This document shows, piece after piece, positions 13,400 to 25,800 of a stretch of DNA of 64,000 nt. The stretch's first letter is position 1. Each line of letters begins with the position of its first letter. Made by a program: the position numbers and the translations under genes. The DNA is from Octopus vulgaris (taxonomy: Eukaryota), in NCBI GenBank assembly GCA_951406725.2, contig OX597822.1:6014001-6078000 (forward strand), in the 5' to 3' direction. Below the pieces are notes generated by a model. It had not been told where the DNA came from. It saw nothing but the letters and a program-made list of their open reading frames with translations, and did no database searches.

Positions 13400-16150
13400 A
13401 TCTGTAAATATAAGACCATCCAGATTTCTGAGTAACTCATTTTTTCGAATATATATATGAGAGTTAGGGGAGAACAAGAGCGGGGTGGGATAGTAATCAT
13501 TTGTATTTTGAGAACAAATTTAGTGCCCGATGTTTGCAGGTGAATATTATACTCCTGCGTTTATTGAGACAATCTGTAGATTGCAAAATAGCCATGACCT
13601 CGGCTATGCAGAGATCACACTTTGTTATATCTGCTGTAAGGTTTGATGAGGGTGACTATGGACCATTTGAGAGTGTAGGGGGTTTAACGAAGCGTTAGTT
13701 TACTGATAGGTTGGGATAACGATGCACTATTAGATTTTGTTGGGGATTTGAACATAGAGTAGTGATTCTTCATCCTAGCTTTGAAGGCGGTGCTACATGA
13801 GCCGATGTAAATATAGTTACATATGTTAGTTGATACTGTGCACGTATAAACTATGTTTTTAGTGACACAGCGGTTATCTAATAAACAGGAGGTTGGGCGT
13901 CTGCAGCTGCATAAGTTTGTAGTGGGTGTCCTATATGAGCTTGTGAGGGGATTGTTATTTAGTGAGGAATTGGTGTTCAGTTCGTTATTATAGTTGGTGA
14001 TCAGATTAACATTTGATAAAGAATTGAGGGTGGTCTTGTTGGGTTGTATGGTAGGATAAATACTGTGTCCAGTGCTATCTTCTGGGATGTTTGCTATTAT
14101 GTCAGGAGGTATATTTGTGCGTTGTGGTATGTTTAAGGGTTGGGTTTTAGCATTGACATTATAGTTGTAGTTATGAGTGTTAGTTTTGTTAAGGGAGACA
14201 GTACATTCGGTTTATATGTATGGAGTTGGGTGGGGTATGGTGAATTAATTTACTAGGGTGGGGGTTAGCCGTTGGTGGATTTCGGAGTTTCTTGTTGTTA
14301 AGATTTCGGATAACTCCGGCATTGTTGGTGGCGGTGGAGTAGGACAACTTTATAGATTGGGGGTTAAATATTTTTCTAAGAGAGCTAGATTTAGGGAAAT
14401 GTTTTTCGAGTCGGGGGAAGAAGAGTTCGGATACACGAGTCTGGACGTTACGGGCAAAGGGGGTGGGTGACGTCTCGGGTTCTAGTTAGATTAATCCGAT
14501 TAGGGGGTTCCTGTGTGGAGATGGGGTTTTGTATGTGTATGTTGGTGTCTGTTTTGGTGGGTTGTGGTGTATATAGGATTAGGGGTTATCAGGCGGAGGG
14601 TTACTTGCTTGGTCGTTTGCTTCTGCAATATTTGGATGGGCATCGGAGGGTTGGGATGGGGAATTTACATTTGTAATATGGGTGTTTGAAACTGGTTTTT
14701 GCTCTGGGTTTAGTTGAGAGAGGAATGTCCCACATGGCTGTGTATTCAATTGAGTGGTTATATCCGGCACGTTGTAGGGCACAGTTGTAGTATTCAGCGT
14801 ATTGATCGAATAAATCTTGATTAGCAGATAATGAGGTGATCCGGTAGGACACGCTTTCTACAATAGATTTTAGGACAGAGATGGGGGGGGGGGTGACTGA
14901 CGGAGAAGGTCACGTAGTGGAGGTTTTCCCCAAATTTGTGGTATGGGTAGAAGGTTTGGTTTTGTAAGTCCAGGGTAACGTCTAAGAAATTAGCGGTTTC
15001 GACGTTGTTACAGAAAGAGATGCAGAGGCTGACGTTTTTAGAGAAGCTTCGTAATATTTTTTTAGCTTGTTCGATTGTTCGGTTACTAGGGTTTGGGATA
15101 GGGAGTAGAGCGTCTTCTCTGTATAGACCACCGGCGATGTTTGGGAATTGTTCATGGAGACCGTTAAGTAGGTAGAGTCTGACGAGTCAGTTTCTTGGGC
15201 GGAGTTACTGGCTCCCATAGAGACGTCGAAAAATTGGCTGTATATTTGCGGGTCCAGGATTTCTCATCGAAAGATATGATATTTCGGCGGGCTGCTAACA
15301 TAATATCATCACGAGATAGATTGGAATGTTCTTTGGCGGAAATTAGGGCCTTATTAAGAAGAAAAGCAAAAATGTTGGGGGGTAGTTTTGATCAATTTTG
15401 ACTTGTATAAATTTAAAGGAGTGCTTAGGGCAAAGAGAGTTGAACCACTGGATAGCTTCTGTGGTTTTGGTCCAGAGTTTTAGCGAGGATGTGGTGTAAA
15501 GTTGGGGTTTTATTCAATCGAGTATAATTTTGATAACCTTACTTATATCGGAGCTGGAAGGACAGATGAGGTGAACAGAAGGGTTCGCCGGGAGGCTTTT
15601 TTTTATCCTTCGAGATGATATGGGATAGGCGAGGTGTAGAAGTTTCGGTCCTATCCTCTTGTCCAAGTTTAAAGACAAGATCTCTATTTTTGTGGTTGAT
15701 TTCTTTCATAGTTGAATCAAGTATAGTTTTGTAGTCCTTGTGTAGTTGTTTGAGTATTATCTCTTGGTATTTATCTAAGGGAACATTGTGTAAATTGCCT
15801 GTCTTATCAGCGTGGACAATGATTCATGGGTATTTCTGAAGTTTTTTGAAAATATTCTCGATTTTGGTTAGGTGAGGGTTGGTTGACTTTGCTTTTCATT
15901 CTTCTGATTGCGAGAAAATAAGCCGGCAACTAATGGGGGGTCGATGTAATCGATTTATTCTCCTCCTTAACAACTGCTTCGTTCGGTTAATTTTAACTAT
16001 AGAAGACTTTGGAGTAGACAAAAACGTGTTTGTGGTTAGAATCTTTAATATTTTAGATTTTGTATTTCGTCTGTGTTCACGTGTTTTGAATAGGGCTTCG
16101 TCTACTGATATAGTGGAGAGAGATAATCGAGAGGAAGGAGGTAACACAGA
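13400..16150 (-). mobile_element. Decayed Penelope-like retroelement, Naiad-type (RT plus C-terminal GIY-YIG)
   Basis: FDVSMGASNSAQETD RT motif; thumb RITSLS..YYNCALQRAGY; linker CSCRRPTSCLLDNRCVTKNIVY; YIYIGS..FKARMKNH; C-terminal CDLC..LNKR..CKH. Confidence 0.9.
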
Positions 16151-16857
16151 TGAACGGTTTAAGATTTTTGAAGAAATATTTGCTGACATAAAATATAATG
16201 TATAAACAGTAAAAAGAAATTATACAGAAACAAAGAAATAATTAAGCAAACAGATGTAGTTACAAGCACAAACACAGACATCGACAGTTCAGAAAGAAAT
16301 AAAAAACATAACCGAACACAATTGTATGACAAACACAGATGCTGGTGATAACAAAAAAAATCACGACGTAGACAATAAATATAATAGCTTTCCCAATGTC
16401 TTAAGGCAAAAAACAACAAGAACAAAAAAACTGCACATGGGACAGTTGTCTGAAAAACAAAGATTATGAGGAAGGTATATCATATAAAATATTGCTTCCG
16501 TGGGGAAAATTTTTAATCGAAAAGCAAGAAGGAAAATGACATACCTCTACCTCCCGAAAAGCAAGAGACTTTTGGTGTGTCTCCAAAGTAGCAACTAAAG
16601 AAATCTTCAATCGATATATTTGATGATGGAGTTTATAACAACGCGGGAAAGGAAAATGGACGTTTTGTGCTCGGTCTGGAAATTAATATATAGGACATTG
16701 TAATACAAGGGTCCCGGGCAGGAACATTCATTCAGATGCTCGTCGTGATCTTTATGACAATACAAACAGGTTGTGACCAAAAGAAATCGGAGCCGCCCAA
16801 TGTCTACTCCATTGCATGGAGTAGAGGATCAATTTGCTTTTAGGCATTCAATATTCT

Positions 16858-16985
16858 TGGAGACCGTTAAGTAGGTAGAGTCTGACTAGTCAATTTCTTG
16901 GGCGGAGTCACTGGCTCCCATAGACACGTCGAAAAATTAGCTGTATATTTGCGGGTCCAGGATTTCTCATCGAAAGATATGATAT
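16858..16985 (-). repeat. Second ~130 bp copy of the Penelope RT segment at 15155-15282
   Basis: Near-identical direct repeat ggagaccgttaagtaggtagagtctgac...gaaagatatgatat. Confidence 0.95.
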
Positions 16986-17255
16986 GTCACATATTCTTGA
17001 CATTTACAAAAATTAACACGTTGTAAAATGTCTGCTTCAGAAGTGGCAAGTAGTAGAGCTTGTAACAAAGATGGTAGGATTACTGAAAAGAAGCACGCTC
17101 CAAAATCGTTCACCAAACATACAGAAAACGTAGAAACGTGAAAGTGTACAACAGGGGATACAAAAATTGTTGGAAGTAAAAATAATTAAAATGGACAGAT
17201 AGACTCCCAATCTTCTCTAAAAAGAGCAGCATTCCACCAGTATTCACTTCATTTG

Positions 17256-17671
17256 AAGGGCGGCAAGCTGGCAGAGACGTTAGCGCGCCGGGCGAAATGC
17301 TTAGCGGTATTTCGTCTGCAGCTACATTCTGAGCTCAAGTTCCGCCGAGGTCGACTTTGCCTTTTATCCTTTCGGGGTCGATTAAAAAAGTACCTGTTAC
17401 GCACTGGGGTCGATATAATCGACTTAATCCGTTTGTCTGTCCTTGTTTGTCCGCTCTGTGTTTAGCCCCTGTGAGTAGTAAAGAAATAGGTATTTCGCCT
17501 GCCGTTACGTTCTGAGCTCAAATTCCGCCGAGGTTGACTTTGCCTTTCATCCTTTCGAGATCGATTAATAAGTACCAGTTACGCACTGGGGTTGATGTAA
17601 TCGACTTAATTCCTTTATCTGTCCTTGTTTGTCCCCTCTATGTTTATCCCCTTGTGGGCAATAAAGGAATA
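17256..17671 (+). mobile_element. Family A SINE head-to-tail dimer within one TSD
   Basis: Full unit followed by a second unit starting at ggtatttcg. TSD agtattcacttcatttg (17239-17255) and agtatttacttcagttg (17672-17688). Confidence 0.9.
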
Positions 17672-18684
17672 AGTATTTACTTCAGTTGTACAAAGATGGG
17701 ATTGACATAATTTGATTAAATTCAAAGGTAAAATGAAGTGAATGAATTGTATCACAAAGGAAAGAGCTTTCTTGCTCGACAAAGTTTTCCTTGAAAGAGT
17801 AACGAGAAAGATTATGTCTCCCTGTTTCTTGAAAAACAGGGAGGGTTTCTATCGGCCATCAAAAGAAAATTTAGATGACACTCTGTCCAATATGTGGTAA
17901 GGTGAATGCTCGACTTTGTCTTTCATCCTTTCGGGGTCGATAAATTAAGTACTAGTTGCGTACTGGGGTCGTTCTACTAGACTGGCCCCCACCCGCCAAA
18001 ATTTGAGGCCTTTTGCCTAGAGTAGAAAAGAATATCATTATTATTATTATTATTATTGTTGTTATTATTCTGAAAGACTCTCGGATATTTCTTAATTACC
18101 GGTTTTTCTATACTTGAAAGCAAAGATTTCAAGTAGTACCTTCTACTGTAACTCAAAGAGACGATACTCTCCTTAGAATGTGAGCTGTACACAGATGGCG
18201 AGCTCATAAAATCATTAGCAGAACGGACAATATGTTTTGCGGCATTTCGTCCGTCTTTACGTTCTGAGTTCAAATTCCGCCGAGATTGAATTTGCCTTTC
18301 ATCGTTTCGGGGTCGATAAAATAAGTACCAGTTAAACACTAGGGTCGATGTAATCGACTTAGTCCCTCCCCCGAAACTGCTGGCCTTGTGCCAAAATTTG
18401 AAACCATTATTATCATAATTAATAAGTCAAGCTGACAGAATTGTTAGCATGCCGGACAAAATGCTTAGCGTGCATTTACGTTCTGAGTTCAAATTCCACC
18501 GTATTCAACTTTGCCTTTCATCTTTTCAGAATCGATGAAACCAGTACAAATCGAGCACTGGGCTTGGCATAATTCACTTACCCACTTCTCCAAAATTTCA
18601 AGTCTTTTACCTACAGTGGATAAGATTATTATTATTCTTTTTTGCTAGCTGTGAACAGCCACCTTATATAGATGGACGCTCTTA

Positions 18685-19894
18685 CGAGGAACATTCCAGA
18701 AGTTATGAGATTCTTTTTTAGAAGCGATTATGTTCTAGATTGTTGTAATTATAAATTTTTGTATATCACATCATTACTGTACATCTAATTAGCTGACCTG
18801 TCAGCTTTTGTTATTCCTGATTGAAGGAGGCAGCTGTAACAACTGTAAACCAGCAGAACTGGTGGACCAGGTACTTGTCTACAGGTTAGTGTTATACAAC
18901 TTTCAATAAAGAAAGAGGGGAATCCGAGACAGAGACAAGGGAAAAGGTTTGTCGTCACAGTTCGCTAGTTGGAAGCTTACAGTCGGGACGTTTGCAAGCT
19001 CGTTATGCTATACAGCTTTGTGTTAAGCTGGGCCAAAACGGTACAGAAACTTATCAAATGCTCTAGACTACTTATGGATTAAATTTTTTGCTGGCACAAG
19101 CGATTCAAGGACGACAGAAAGATGAGATGACAGAAAGATGAAAAGCGGCGAGCTGGCAGAAACATTAGCACGCCGGGCGAAATACTTAGTAGTATTTCGT
19201 CTGCCGTTACGTTCTGAGTTCAAATTCCGCCGAGGTCAACTTTGCCTTTCATCCTTTCAGGGTCGATGAATTAAGTACCAGTTACTCACTGGGGTCGAAG
19301 TAATCGACTTAATCCGTTTGTCTGTCCTTGTTTGCCCCCTCTATGTTTAGCCCCTTGTGGGCAATAAAGAAATAAGAATGATGTGAGGTGTGGGAGGAAG
19401 ATGGACGTCAGAATATCAGAGCTGGTTGAGAAAGTTTTCAATTTTCTGGATCAAGGCCATCGTGTGTCTATAAAAGCAATAAGCATAGAGTTCGGAGTTG
19501 CTGTGGCAACTGTACCAGAGTTGTCCATGAAGATCTGAACATGCGCAAATTTTTGCAATGCATCAGTCAACAATTCCATCCTGTTAACCAAGTACATGAC
19601 AGACATAGATGGATTTCAAAACTGACCTTCACACTCTCTACAATCCAGACATTGCTCCCTGTGACGTTTAGTTGTAACTAATTTGAAGGAAAACACAAGG
19701 GCAGTCGTTGAGAAGATGTGACAAAGGCTTTGGATGCCTTCACTTGGCGGGGCTTCAATGAGGCCCTCACAAAGTGCCTAAAGTGCTGCAACTGCATTGA
19801 AGTCAGAAGAGACCATACTTTGAAGATTAGAGTTTTGTTCTTTGAAATTAACGTCTCACTTGAAAATGTTTGAAAACTTCTGGAACGTACCTTG
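18685..19894 (+). mobile_element. Decayed mariner DNA transposon with a nested SINE (19140-19378) and an LTR-like fragment
   Basis: TA-flanked TIRs cgaggaacattccagaagtt and aacttctggaacgtaccttg. Transposase remnants RYAIQLCVKLG..ETYQML, WHKRFK and YNPDIAPCD (cf. YSPDLAP). Confidence 0.85.
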
Positions 19895-21049
19895 TATTTA
19901 TATCTGATTTTTGTAGTTCATTTTATTTAATATATTGTATTACAATTTTACCAACCCATTACCCCGTTTATTTCGTATATACGTACATTTTCCACACATT
20001 TTATAACCGCCTTTATATGATACGTTCTTTATTGAATGTGTGAGCCATTACAGTCGATAGTGAACGATATAAATCATTAATGTTGCTGTTGCTGTTTTCT
20101 GTCAGCGGATGCATTTGAAAGAGCTCACTTGACAGAAGTTTCAGAAAATTGCATTTAATTGATAGAAAATGATTTGTGTTCAAATTTCCCTGAGGATCAC
20201 AGGGAAGAAAGATATCCGCAATATTTAACCTTCACTGAAATGGAAAATGGTTTGTTATGAAATTTCTTTTTTTTGAATTTGTATATTTCTGCATGACAGT
20301 TATTTGTAACTTCGTTCGAATTTCGAAATGAGCACGTTTATGGTATTTGGAAGAGGTGTGCATCATTAAGGTGACAACAACGAGAATAAATTGTAATGCC
20401 TGCTATCCCAAGTTTTTAAAACAGGAAAAACGTTAAAATCAGAAGCTTAGCCGTCATTTACACGTGACTATGACCTTGTAGTTGGTATTTTGCTTTACTT
20501 AATTGTTTTAGGTACATATGTAGCCCTCCCATCCCTCGAGCCACTGGAACATCGAGAGTTTAAAAGTCAAAGGGAATAAACGGCTGCACAAATAGTCGAT
20601 CAATTCTTATTTGTCGCCGAATAGATCGGAGCAACGTGAAATAATATAGCTTGCTGAAGGACATGACGTGTCAAGAATCGAAACCATAACTTAATGATTG
20701 TGAGCCCAGCACTCTAATCATTAAGCCAAGCCTCTTTAAAACATCAGAAACAAATAAACTTGCAAGTACAGACATTTGAATTCCTAGCTCATCAAAAGCG
20801 CAAAAAAATATAGTGTTGAAAATACTAACTTAAACAGAAAATAATTTAGACCCCATCCCGAAGAAAGCAGTAATGCACTAACTTTTGCGACCGTTGTAGC
20901 TAATAGTTGGTCCCTCGATGGAACAGGTTCTTGAAAAGAACAAAATAGACGGAGTATGTGAATGAAAGTGATGTTTACTTTCTAGAAGAAATTAGCCAAA
21001 GAACAGCAAAGATGAAATTGATATAATTCTGCGTTGTGAATAACAAAGG

Positions 21050-21478
21050 GTGACTGTGATTCATAACCACTGCAAAGGAGAGTAGGGAGTTCTGGGTGAG
21101 GCCTGGAAAGAAATGGGCTCACCCAAGTAGGTAGGTCATACGGAGATCTGTCCTTGGTTTTAGTACCAAAAATTAGGTGAGGAAACCAGCAGAATTGATG
21201 GACCAGGTACTTGTCTACAGGTTAGTGTTATACAACTTTGAGTAAAGAAAGAGGGGAATCCGAGACAGAGACAAGGGAAAAGGTTTGTCGTTATTTTTAC
21301 AAACAGTTCGGACAGGTGATGCGTGCAGAGGGTGGCTTCCTCCAAAATGCACTGACCCACCCACTTGTAGCGATGAATCCTAGGGATAACAGAAACATCT
21401 GGTACTTATAGTCCCTTGTGGGATCGGAGAAGAGATAACTCAAATGGGTGGTTGTAGAACAGGATGCCCAGTTGTTAC
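21050..21478 (+). repeat. Solo-LTR-like repeat
   Basis: Ends agttgttaca. Segment 21184-21290 recurs at 18848-18953, where it is preceded by tgtaacaact (inverted terminus) and contains AATAAA. Confidence 0.5.
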
Positions 21479-22194
21479 AGGCGTTTCAGTAAAGACCATA
21501 TAGGGGCCTTCCGCTCAGAACAAGAGAAAAAGTGAAAATAGTGAGAGCGGTAGACAAGAGAAGGTGCCTGGGGTATAGCCAGAGCGGAATGGAGATAAAC
21601 AAACGAGCCCCATCAATACCTGGGATCGACTAGTTAGAGCACGAGGGCCGCGGTGTCACTACCATCAGTGCAGAGTCGTACAGAAGCTATTAGCAGTAGG
21701 CACTCCACGTCAATGTGCGCCAACGTTAAGGAGGTGGAACCCGGAGTAAGAGAGAGGAAATTGTCGGTGAATGTAATTAATGAAAGAATGTGCACCCTTT
21801 CCTTCAAAAGACAATGAACTCTGATTAAAAGCAATTAAGAAACTAGGCGTTCTTCACAAAACGGTGTCCATCCCACTGGAGTAACAGAAACTCACGTAAT
21901 TAATAAAATATCCATAATATAATTGGTTTCATAGTGACCCTAGAAACACCATATCAAATATTATTCCCATTGAAAGGATAGAGTGTCGAGTACCAAAAAC
22001 CTCTACAGGAACGTTCTATTTCCAGCTAAGTGATCAGTGTTGAGGGAATGAGGAGATATTTACGGCCTAAGATACTCACAGGTAAATTCAGATGACCCAT
22101 TTACTAAGTTTTTAGAAAGAGGTGGGAGCAGAAAATAATCAGAGCCGTTTAATATCCAGACACTACCCATCCGGTGATCTCTAGGTGATGTTTT

Positions 22195-22382
22195 TTGTTG
22201 TTGTTGTTGTTAAGCAACAAGACGGGTAAGGGTTATTAGGTAATGGTCTAGGGCTTAGGGGCGGGAGAGCCCAGACCTTGCGAAAAAAAAAAGACTTTGG
22301 TCGTCTTGTTATAGTCGTGGGCTCTTCGTTGACGCCCGACACCACTGGGAGGTGACCCTCGAAGTCGCTGCAAATGGAGATC
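22195..22382 (-). repeat. GC-rich interspersed repeat with an (AAC)n 3' tail, second copy at 61072-61250
   Basis: The two copies align over ~180 bp. Hairpin ggtctgggct..agccctagacc precedes the tail. Probably a LINE or SINE 3' end. Confidence 0.75.
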
Positions 22383-22581
22383 TAGGGGATGTCTTGTGTG
22401 AGTTTCCTTTGCAAGTTTAGTTTTAATTAAAATTTTGACCCCTTTCCATGTATAACGTATTACATATTTTTTTATCCCATTCGTTTTATTATGTGTATGC
22501 ATATCTCCAGTCATGTTTTTGTAATCCCTTTGTACGACACGTTTTGCATAGTATCTATAGGTTTTTGTGGTCAGTAGAAAG

Positions 22582-22850
<269 letters not shown>

Positions 22851-25800
22851 TAATTGATCTGCATAGCGTTCAGATAAGAGATTAGTGTGAAGGCCACTAA
22901 GACCATGAAACAGTCGCTCTAAGTTAGGTCATTTTCCTAATCCCTATAAGCGTGCTCTGTATATATGATTATAGGAGCGTGTGTGTGTGTGTCTGTATGT
23001 ATGTATGTATGTATGTATGTATGTATGTATGTATGTATGTATGTATGTATGTATGTGTGTATGTATGTATGTGTGTATGTATGTATGTGTGTATGTATGT
23101 ATGTATGTGTGTGTGTGTATGTGTGGTGGTGGGGGGAAGGATGCGCATGCGTATGTAAACTTCATTACATTGCGTTCGATCCGAAACAGTAATTTCTTAT
23201 GAAAGTGAAATTGCTTATTGATTTATTCCTTCAGTACCATCACAATGCTCAATTTGCAAACATGTTGCCATTGGTTATTGCTTTGGACATCATTTATATT
23301 CCTTTCCTATAATACATTATTGTGAGACATCAATGTGTCGCCATCCTGAATTGAAGGGTCAGTGGTTCGTATCGCCTGCAGCCAACGTATTTAACATTCG
23401 CATTTATCAGAGATCATTAACAACTGCTGAGTGTGGACAAGCCAACGAGGAAGACTTTTAGAGATAGCAGCCAAATTTCCTTTAAATTACACCTTGTCAT
23501 CTGAACCCTTTTTGTATCAGTATATAATATAGCCATTCAAAATTTTATCATCCTTAACTGCAGAAATCAGTTATACATACGAATCTATAATTTGTTGAGA
23601 TATGTCAAGTTTATAGAAGCGACGCGACTTGCAGAAAATAGCAATTCTATATTTAAGCCTATTAAGAGAATAAACATGAAAATTAATTTCGCAGTTAAAG
23701 ACTTAAATTAAGTCCTGAAGTATTGTTTAAAATTCTGGCTTATGGTCGGTAGTTTCCGGGGACGGGGAAGTCGATTACATCTGGGGCTGGCATGGGTTAG
23801 ACGGTTTGACTGGAACTGGTAAACCGAAGAGCTGTACCAAGTTCCATTCTGATTTGGCGTGGTTTCTACGGCTGGATGCCCGTCCTAATAATAATCCTTT
23901 CTTCAATAGGCACAAGGCCTGAAATTTTGAGTAAGCGGAAGAGTTTTGTTAGGCCATTTGATTAGAAAAGAATTGGATGACCACAATTCAAACTGGTCGG
24001 GTATCCAGATCACAAATGTTTGATTTGCACATGCGACTGAGATAGGACTTAACTGGTACTTATTTTATCGACATTGAAAGGGTGAAAGGCAAAGACGACA
24101 TTGGCGGAATTTGAACTCAGAACGTAAAGACGAACGAAATGCCTTTTAGTATTTTGCCTGGCGTGCTAACAATACTGCCAGTTCACTACCTCGAAGCTCT
24201 GAAATATTGGGCACCTGACAGAGAGTTGACAGAATCGTTAATGCAGCGGTTAGAATCTCTACTCTGAGTTCAAACTCCATCGATATTAGCTTTGTCGCTC
24301 ATCTAGTTGGGGATCAATAAAAGATGTCTAAATCCGGTACTGGGACAGATTCTTTTTTTTCTTTCTGAAGGAAATGGGCTCTCTTTAGACCTGGAGAGGG
24401 ATGTCCAAGATCCCGTATCTCATGACGGTGCCGTTACGAATCCATCAGGAGTTGAGTGTCCAAGGAAGAACATTGGACAATGTAGTCCCTGATAACAAAA
24501 AGACGGGGTGGCCACTGCCGGGAATGCTTTGATCTTATGTTAACTAAATTAGGATTGATCTGCAGTTAAACAACAGCAACAATTAAGTACAGTAGATTTG
24601 TCAACCACAGTAATTAGTCCTTTTCTGTTCTGAGTTCAAATTCTGCAAAGGTCAGTTTTATCTTCCATCCTTCTGGATCGGTCAAGTACTGGGGTGATTT
24701 AATCTGCTTTACTTCGTTCCCGCCAACCAGTCGTCCGCAAAAACTCATTAATTCTATTAAAAACTACTTTATGAACAAAGAAGCCTTCCTATAACAAATG
24801 AATGTTTCCTTAGCAGTAGGCCCAACTTTAAACCAGGCGAAGTATATCTGTAGATGAAAATCCTGCTTGGGCTATGTTTTCTGAGTAGTAAAGATATTAT
24901 GAATAAAAAGGACAAAGTCCCCACTTGGTATATCGATCTGCTAGAAATAGCTGCCAAATCTCTGTAAATTTATACTAAAAAAATTAATAATATTTTCCTA
25001 GATATGGAATGCTCGACAGGAGAACAGAATGGCCATAGATGGGAAGACTGCTCAATCTGGACTGACTCGTGGTTAAACAACAACACCATCAACAACAATA
25101 AAACGTTTTATGAAGGATTATCAATGAAATTGAAAGTCCATTAACTTCTAGTATTAAAATGCTACCGCTATCTTCGTTCATGAAATCTGGTTGTACTTCT
25201 GTGATTGAATAAGATAATTAATGTATGTTCATTTAATATTTACAATTGTTATACATCTTATAATATGTATTCGTTCTTCTGAAGCATATTTAGTTGTTGT
25301 TATCATATTTTTATATTACTTCTTTGTTATATTTTAGCTTTTGAGCGACATAAAACCTATGCAATTGCTATTCTACATTTCAATTTATTTCACTCAATAT
25401 ATTTATCAGGGAGAAACTGCTTTGCTCGGAATGGATTGAAATTGATCCAAATTCTCTTACCAAATCTAAAGATTGGAAGCACTCGAAGCGCAGCTTCCAT
25501 AATTTCACCACTGAATGTGGAACAAATGCACCAAATAACATCACACACTTAAAACTATATTTCTGCTACAATTTAGGAACTTATTGATGGTTGTCAAACA
25601 TTATAAGACACTCACAACATTCTCAACGAACTTTCTGTTAGATTTCTAAATGAAATCTTTGCTCATTATTTATCAACGACTACAAAAGACAGCAGCCACA
25701 AGAACCCTTCAGTGAGTTTCTATAGGATTATAATTTCCAAGCAGTTACAAAGGCCAAAATATCGTGAGAAATAATGCGGTCATCAGCGGCGTGTGATTCA

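Noticed and set aside
21480-21900. Possible Gypsy internal region next to the LTR-like repeat
   Set aside because: There is no clear PBS. Translations weakly suggest an unrelated decayed LINE and are too degraded to call.
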